The notes under the pieces: model-generated
Seen by the model: the letters and a program-made list of their open reading frames with translations, nothing else
The model's database searches: none
What the model was told of the DNA's origin: nothing
Part shown: positions 33,831 to 42,460 of the stretch, piece after piece
How positions within the stretch are numbered: position 1 is the first letter of the stretch
Layout: the number at the start of each line of letters is the position of its first letter
Position numbers and translations under genes: made by a program
From: Tubiluchus corallicola
Lineage: Eukaryota; Animalia; Priapulida
NCBI GenBank assembly: GCA_030141605.1
Contig: JAQGDQ010001402.1
Coordinates: forward strand, 1 to 42,460
DNA length: 42,460 bases
Direction of reading: 5' to 3'

Positions 33831-35402
33831 ATAAAACTACCGAAAGAAAATTCTGATTATTGCGAAGTATCATCATAAAAATATTAAAAATTAATAGATG
33901 TTTGTGAGGTTTTTTCTCTTGTATTTTAATGCCACTTGTTCTTGCTTAATTATTTTTATTTTCGTATTTAACTTTACTTTTGCTTGACGCGGCCGGCAGC
34001 TACGATAAGGTAGGCTTTACTGAATAGTTACAGAAATAACCTTAACTGCAATAACAAAAAGGGGCGGAATAGTTTGTCGCCTAGCGGCGCTCTTTATTGC
34101 AAAGAAAATGAATACTTTTTACACCTGTTTGTGACGCGCTACTAAAATTTGAAATAGAAATTAAAAGCTCACAAACGTAATTTAAAACAAGGCAGAAAAA
34201 TTGAAAATCACATTTTTGTATATAAGAAATTGTAAAAAAATGTTTTATTGATTTAAGTATCCAAGCTTTGCGTTTCTAACTTGTTTTTATGACAAGAATT
34301 TACTTTAATCCTGCATGTATAAACGGCGCAACGTCTGTGAAGTTTGCATGTCTGAAAGTCACACAATGTAGTACTTATGATGAGAATTATTTTGTCTCAG
34401 TGATTCTCATACAGGAGGCGTTTATCTTCGGAGAAAATTCAATTTAAAAACAGCAAATTGTGCCAAGCAAGAATTAGAGAAGAAATTCAGACAGAACGAA
34501 TAATTATTGCCGGTACAGTGTGGACTGTAAATTTATATAATACTAACAGTAACCGAATTTGGCTTCTTTTGCGAGGATCTTACTATTAGTCTTTCCCTCT
34601 CTTCTTTTAATGGCCGTTAACAAGGTGCTTATCTTTCACACAGACATATTCAAAAATTATTTGTACGTGATATTTACATTCCGAGACGAGTTTTGTCACA
34701 CTTTGAAATAACCATTTCTTTTCCATTTTACTGTATTGTGTTGCAATTAAAAAAAGCTTTGCTTTCATAAATTGATTTAATAATTGCCATTCTAAAAGTA
34801 TGTTGACTAAGAAATTATTACAGTGCATGACAATTCAAAGTCGGGGGGGGGGGATTCACGAAATCCGGAAAAGAATGATTAGTACAGTGGTTTTAATTAT
34901 TAAGTCACGCAACTTAAATAAACTAAAACTAAGAATTAAACAAGTGATTTAACCACATATTTTGACATTTTGATTGTCGATTCTTAGTGTTTTAGCTCAC
35001 GTACTTGTTTCAACGCAGTCACGTACTTAGACGTTGCCGATGTGTTTTTACAGTAAAACGAAACCCACAGATTCATATTCACGTTGTTTGCTTTGTCTAG
35101 TTTTAACCCTAATGAGACTCAATACAAGTGGAAAAACAAATTTTGTTGATGTTGGAGAAATGCCTGTCTTTCAAGAGTCCTTGTCACGTACGTTTCATTA
35201 AACTGCTTGTACGTGTATCATGTACTAGTCACACTTTGAGGTAAATTTTCCTCTGAATTAAGATGATAGTGGCAAAGTTTGTTATACTGTAATTATCATT
35301 AATTCACATTTGCGTTACTGTCGAGTGTAATAATTTATTGTATTAGTTTGTGATGTTTCTATGCTCGCTGTAAAGTTTCAAACAAAATTTTCGGCGCACG
35401 AC

Positions 35403-35931
<529 letters not shown>

Positions 35932-38525
35932 CTTGTATAATCTGTACTACCATTTTATGACAACACCAAAGCAATTCTGAATGCTTATGTGTGTAGATGA
36001 CTAATCGTTTAATCCTACCAACTAATGCATCATAGCGGATATCCTCAGACATGATCCGTGCCGCCCGTCACGATTCGCTTCTGCACCACCGTGGGACGCT
36101 TCAAAATAAAATTAAATAAACATTTTTATTCGAGATTCTCCGCCGTCTAGCGAAGTCCACGCACGCGCCGTGAGCCAGTTTAGCAATTTGCTCTTGTAGT
36201 TTCATAAACACTAAAAACGTGAAACCAAGTTTACGTGGTTATTGGCCAGCGCACACCGACGATCCTTAATGGCGTATCCAATCACCGGGTGCTCCGAAGA
36301 CATTAAAGCTTATTAAAAATTTTATCGTAACAGAATAAATATGATTTACACTTAATGTTACATAATTATTATCACCCTGCAATTTTGTAAAACCTCCTTT
36401 TTGCTGAAGGAATGCTATTATGTAGTTTTTAAGTTTTAAGTCTTCCCCAGCGGCCGAGCCTGGGCGCACGTAACACGTTCAGCACCAGAAGAAACCAAAG
36501 AATCTGAATGGAGCTTTAAATGTAGACAGAAGCACTTCAGTGAGACTTACTGGCTGACGTTGACCCCAATGTTTTTGTAAATGAATACATCATAATTATG
36601 AGTCTTGTATTTTTTATTACCGCCATGTGTATTTTTTTACAGGCACGTATGTGTTTCTACATTCTAGAGGGCAGGAACAAATGACAGGCCAATTAGATTT
36701 CAAATTTAAAAAGCTACTACACGTAGACCATAAACACTTTGTAATATGTCAGCTGTAATCTTTATTTAATCGGCTTTTTAATTCTTGTTGCTTTTTTCAT
36801 AAAAATCTTAAAGATGTAGATCAACAAAGTTCTTAAAAGAATACGTCATCACGCCAGTCTTTCTTAGAAACTCCCGCCAAATCGTACGTTCATCGATCAA
36901 TATCGGTTATTAAAATAGGAACCTTTTATTCAAACTTAAATGGTCTTTTTCATGGTTTTGCTGGTTTTTATTTATTCCATTCAGTTTCTTGCGTAAAAAC
37001 GTTTTGACACTCTGTATAATGGCATGTTCAAGTAGAATCCCTTTGTAGTACAGTTATACAGTTATGTACAGTTATGTGCAGTTATACAGTTATGTACAGT
37101 TATACTATAAATACCCAAAATGACAAAATCACTATAATGCTGCGTAAAAGAGAACAAAACGTTGCAGTTTCATTTTTAGATCTCTTGTGATTCTTTTATG
37201 AATAATATTTACTGACATACTGTTGCCTTTGTAAGCTGTATATTTTTTTATGCATAACTCATAATAATAATAAAAGGCAGGACTATACGTACATACAGTA
37301 ATAGAAGAAATCTTTATTAACATTCTGCATGCTCTAGCACGTCTGAAAGAAAGTTTAGTTATTTCCTCTATTTCCTAATTTTAAAATATTATAAACTTAC
37401 GTCGAACTCAACAATCTTAACTAGGTTTTCTATCAGGTCGTAAATATAACAGCAGCACTGCTGCAACTATAATCCACAGTAGTAATTATTGTAATGAATT
37501 ATTTCTGTTATTATTCTTAAATTCAAGAGTTTCGTTACTTATTTATACAGTAAACACCTATTTACACCTAAGTATCAGTGGAAAATGACCAGAATTGAAC
37601 CAAAAGCCATTTATGTACATGCGCAAGAAAAAGCCAAGAAGTTAAGCACTATCCATATCCTTGTTACAGATAAACAGAGTTTTCAAGCAGCAGTTAATGG
37701 TAAGCATTAAAATTACTGCACTCACTAGCCGCTTCAACGTGCTTCAAAGTCTTCAACCTATTGCGACGTTAGTAGAAATAACTAAGTAGTCACTATATTG
37801 CTCAGCTACGAAGTTAAGCAATGTCGGGTAATGATAACTAATTGGTGAGTGACTATTTCTATGGGGTTTAATGCACATGTCATTTATTTTATTGAATGCT
37901 GATGCATATGCATTCGAACGCTCCTAAGAAACATGTGTGTCCTTCAATAGCTCATCTCTAAGGTTCATCACTGATGATGTTAATGCGATGGATTTGTAAA
38001 GAAACGGTTGTAATTCGTTTAGACGATAACAACAATTTTTAGCCCGGAAAAGCGGGAAAACGAAGTGATTATACTGTACGTTAACTCTGTAATGTGCAAA
38101 AGCTGATATAAACTTGTAAACTCGGCCTAAGATTGGCAGCGACGCCTTTTTGTCACGTTCGCGTGGCCGACAAATAGAAGGCGGTACCGTGATAACCATG
38201 ATCATGAACTGCAGTGTTAGTTTCTGACGTCATATGATATAAAACCCATTTTCGTGACATCATGCATATTATGCAGCATATAAGCAGTACTGTAACACCT
38301 GTGCAAATGTGCTTGACGTGCAAGGGAAGATGCCTGCCATTGCACAAACTGTGGTTAGTTTGTGACGTAAGCAATTGCTGTGTTCGGTTTCCGTTAATTA
38401 ACTTTCCAAGATAATTGTTCAAATATAAGAAAAAATTGCTAATTTTTATAGGCAAGAAAATGTATATTTTGGACAGTAAATTAAAATGAGATTGAGTCTA
38501 AACAATCGTCCGGTTTTCCTTTAAA

Positions 38526-39848
38526 TCAGTTTTCAAGATCTACATCTTTCAATCTTTCTGTCACACGATCTTCTAACTGTTGCAACCACGTTTCACTATT
38601 CAAAGGCAATCTTACGCGTGATCTTTTTCGAGTTGTTGCACCTGTGTTACCTGCTGTTTCTGAAGAATCATCATTAACACGAATATGGTGTAGAAACGCC
38701 ACCTCTGTGGGCACAATGTACTCAGCGCTGTTTCGATTCAACGCCCTAAAAATGTTGTGGACGTGCATGATGGCCACTGACCGCGGCTTGACCATCATCT
38801 TGGAACGCTGTTCGGGTGGCCAAAACTTCCCGTCTGATGTGAACTTTGTCTTTGTTAGTCGCAGACTTTTTTGTGGGTTACTTGCATCAAAGACATTAAG
38901 GTCATTTTCAGTAAAATTCACGTAAGCAAAGTCGTTTCTGAACTGATAACCCACCACGGTCTTTCCTCTGTTATTAGGTCTCATGGCGTTGACCATTCCT
39001 GTCCACGTGACTTCAGTGAAAGGAACTACAAACTCGTCCAAATCTTGAAATACGAGATACTGATACTCTTGCATGTTTCTGTACAAGCAGTCCTGCGCGG
39101 CCGCCAATTGTCCATTGTAATGTAAGTCCCATGCCTGACCATCCGGTGTGGTCAAACCCCGCGGGACATAGTTCGTTCTGAGGGCCCAGTCTAACTGAGT
39201 CATAAGCTCCTGTTTCACGTACCAGTCAATCACACGTTGCAACTGTTTACTGACACTGCCAGTATAAATCATTATTTTCTCCACCCCCAAAATCCTGTTC
39301 ATTTCTACAAACTCTATAAAATGGACAGGGTTGACTGTGGAATGTAAAGGAGGCACACAGATTCCAAACAGGTACTGCTCTTCCTTTGTCCTGTCGGGTG
39401 AATGTAGGACTCGAAGACGTCTCTCGTTTGGTTCCACAGCTGACGACGGAGACATGATGACGGAACTCGGTTTCTCGTTGTTTGGAAGTTGACATTTGAA
39501 CATGGCACACGTATAGTTGTTGCTGTGGTAGTCAACAACGGCAACTGTAACCGCATCGACCACGGCCACGGCATTATTGCTGTAGTAAAGATGACAGAAG
39601 AACTCCTGCCTGATGTCGCTTCGAGTGATACCAACAATGCGAACCATTTCTCTTGCTGCGCGGTCATCGTAAAATGCTGAATAAACGGCCGCAGTGGAGT
39701 TTTTCACAGGCAACCACTGACCGTCCAAAACATGGACATAAAACAATTGTCCTTTGCTGTAAATATAGTTCAACTGTCCCACAAATGAGATCATTGCGCA
39801 TAAAATAAACAAGTAAACAACTGTTTGCTTTCTGGGAACAGTCGACAT
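38526..39848 (-). CDS. Glycosyltransferase family 92 (DUF23) protein, second copy, 440 aa
   Basis: Intact mirror ORF with 9 amino-acid differences from the left copy. Confidence 0.9.
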   Translation of the reverse strand: MSTVPRKQTVVYLFILCAMISFVGQLNYIYSKGQLFYVHVLDGQWLPVKNSTAAVYSAFYDDRAAREMVRIVGITRSDIRQEFFCHLYYSNNAVAVVDAVTVAVVDYHSNNYTCAMFKCQLPNNEKPSSVIMSPSSAVEPNERRLRVLHSPDRTKEEQYLFGICVPPLHSTVNPVHFIEFVEMNRILGVEKIMIYTGSVSKQLQRVIDWYVKQELMTQLDWALRTNYVPRGLTTPDGQAWDLHYNGQLAAAQDCLYRNMQEYQYLVFQDLDEFVVPFTEVTWTGMVNAMRPNNRGKTVVGYQFRNDFAYVNFTENDLNVFDASNPQKSLRLTKTKFTSDGKFWPPEQRSKMMVKPRSVAIMHVHNIFRALNRNSAEYIVPTEVAFLHHIRVNDDSSETAGNTGATTRKRSRVRLPLNSETWLQQLEDRVTERLKDVDLEN

Positions 39849-41502
39849 ATTTGCATCATTTATAACATCATTTATAACGTTTATCGCTCATTTCTCACCG
39901 CAAAATGTCTGAAGAGAAAATTATCCAGCAAAGCGAAGCAACTCACACGCAATTTATTAAATTATGTGCACAATCAACACATCTCTCTTAATTCTAAAAT
40001 GTTGCCAATGTTGCAACTCATTTAATGGGAGCGTCGTAATAATTTATTGTTGTACTAATAAATACTACAGAATACACTGTTATGGGACTATGATGGGCTG
40101 CCTTTGCTTCCCTGCTGCGCATGTGCAGAACATTATGTGACGGGATTCCGGGAAAGGCTCGTTACTTTATGGGGCTATTTCACAATTTAAGCGGGGCTTG
40201 GTAATTTTGGCTTCACATAAACTAAAGTGTACAGTGCGTGTTTATTTTCAGGAAGAAGAGAGAGTATCTTATTGTCTAAGCTTTAATATATGATAAACAA
40301 CATACAATTGAAGTACTGAAAACGTGAGCCCTGTAATGTTTGAAAATTTTATTTCCATTGTGTCCTAATAAGAATTTGAACGTTTTACCATTAAGAATAC
40401 CAGCGGCCCAGAAAAAGCACTATTTCATTTCATTTTCTTTTTTCTTTTCCTTTCGTTTCGTTTCGTTTTCTTTTCTTTTCTTTTCTTTTCTTTTTATTTC
40501 TTTTCTTTTCTTTTCTTTTCTTTTCTTTTTATTTCTTTTCTTTTCGTTTTCTTTTCTTTTTTCTTTTACCTTATCCTTTCGTCGTTCTTTTTATTGCATT
40601 CAAATTTTGTTTTAACGATTAACTTTTTCCTAGTTTTGTTTCTTCCTGATCAATAGCTGCCGAGGTTGATCATTTTACAAATCTCTAGATTCTTGTCCCG
40701 CCACAGCATTTAAAACACACGATTCTAGCTTCCAGTATAATTAAGTCAAGTTGTACGGGAACGTTTATGATACACTTTGGTAGCATTGTTCTTTAATTGT
40801 CGAAATATTCTATGACCAATGTTACGGATGGTAGCTTCATTTCTTATCGATTAGATAAGATACAATTAGATTGATCCTCTTTCAGTATAAAAAGCCATTA
40901 TAAACATAAATACATTTACTTCACACTACATTTATATCAAAACTACACTGAGAAAACATATAACTTTCGTCAAATGTAAGCAGTTTAGGTTGAAGAGTTT
41001 TATAGTAAAAGTCGAACATGTGCTGCCACAATACAGAAAATCATCAATGAATCAGATGTAGACACTTTAAATGTAAGTCCTTTTATATACAAGTTACGTA
41101 CCCGCTACTATATTTTAAGAAAGAAGGTGAAATATTATTTTGATTTTTTCATGTCCAATATTTTCCTTTCTTGCTTACATGCATTCCTTTTTTCAAAGAC
41201 ATTTCTTACTGCTTGGAATTACTGTTGATGAAAGGTAAAGGAGATTCAAGAAAGGAAAAACATAACTCCTGCAGCTGTACATTACTTTTGCTTCACGAAT
41301 TCTTCTTAAGTGTCGTATAGTAACAAGGCTGGACTTTTGTGGTCTTCTCTGGTGGTTTCTTTTCTGCATTCTGAAATCATTAGTGCTTTAATAATGATGT
41401 TTTGTCCACAGTTTTTTTGCCTCTTAATTGCGGGATATTTTATCAATGTCTATGTATAATATCCCGCACGTGAATCTTCAAGAAACAATAAATATATAAT
41501 AA

Positions 41503-41504
<2 letters not shown>

Positions 41505-41592
<88 letters not shown>

Positions 41593-41628
41593 TTAATAAT
41601 AATAATAATAATAATAATAACAACAACA

Positions 41629-41713
<85 letters not shown>
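41505..41713 (-). repeat. Mirror compound microsatellite (AAT)n(GAT)n
   Basis: Read directly. Confidence 0.97.
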
Positions 41714-41714
<1 letters not shown>

Positions 41715-42148
41715 AAAATAATAAAATTCGTTATTGCTATGAAAATTACACTTCATTGAAAGGTAAACTACACATTCAAAAACTGATAGTACAGCCAGTG
41801 TTTCCACTGCTGTGAGCAATAGTGCAATAAAATGAATTTACAATTAAGAATACAAGCAAGGCTGTAATTAATTACATAAGTACATAAAACTTTGACATTT
41901 CATTTCACAGAGTTCCGAAAATTTAACGCATTTACTATATTTACAAAATAGTTTTTTGTAGAATACTAAACGTATGAAATTGAAATTGGGCGCATTATTG
42001 TTCAGATTTTTGTGTGTGTTGGGTTTAAATTTGTTGATGTGATCGGTAAATTTAAACGGTAAACTCACTCACTACAGACTACTGGGTGAACGATGATAAT
42101 GACAATAAGGTGTGATTTAATCTTCCATATTGTTTTTTTTAATTAAGG

Positions 42149-42460
42149 CTAGTACAGTATGTTTTTCAGTTCATTTTTGAAATTTTTGATAGTCACTGCA
42201 GATTTTACATTAACTGGGACACGCATTCCATGCATTTATTGCCGCTTCGCAGACTGAATTGTGTCCATATTTATTATATTATGTGTTTATTTGTTTTATG
42301 CTGTGTGGTCTTTGGTTTAACATTTTTTCGATATTAAATGGAAGCTCATTGGCTTTGAAAGCTGGCATTAAATCGTTTAAATATTTATAAAGAAAAATTT
42401 GTGAATGGAATTGGAAACTAGATTCTACAGTGGCTATTTTTAGTTTTTCGTTGTTCGCTG
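42149..42460 (-). mobile_element. Mirror copy of LINE ORF2 3' remnant
   Basis: Reverse complement of 2-313. Confidence 0.65.

Overview
Eukaryotic (animal, AT-rich, probably invertebrate) genomic DNA in which the whole window is one giant inverted duplication. Position 2 pairs with 42460, the arms run to both window edges (~1-19895 and ~21803-42460), and a ~1.9 kb single-copy spacer lies between two 44-bp satellite arrays. From outside to inside, each arm carries a LINE 3' remnant, an intronless GT92/DUF23 glycosyltransferase, a GA microsatellite, a divergently transcribed pair of variant stem-loop histone genes (H2A/H2B, with no H3/H4/H1), and the last three coding exons of an ARL6IP1 orthologue that the ORF track only partly captures. 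The preceding ARL6IP1 exon occurs once, in the spacer, and can splice only into the right arm. I could not find the first two exons in the window. The arms are a patchwork of near-identical and diverged tracts, and two hAT-type MITEs are present only in the right arm. A real gene-converting palindrome and a mis-assembled pair of haplotypes cannot be told apart from this sequence alone.
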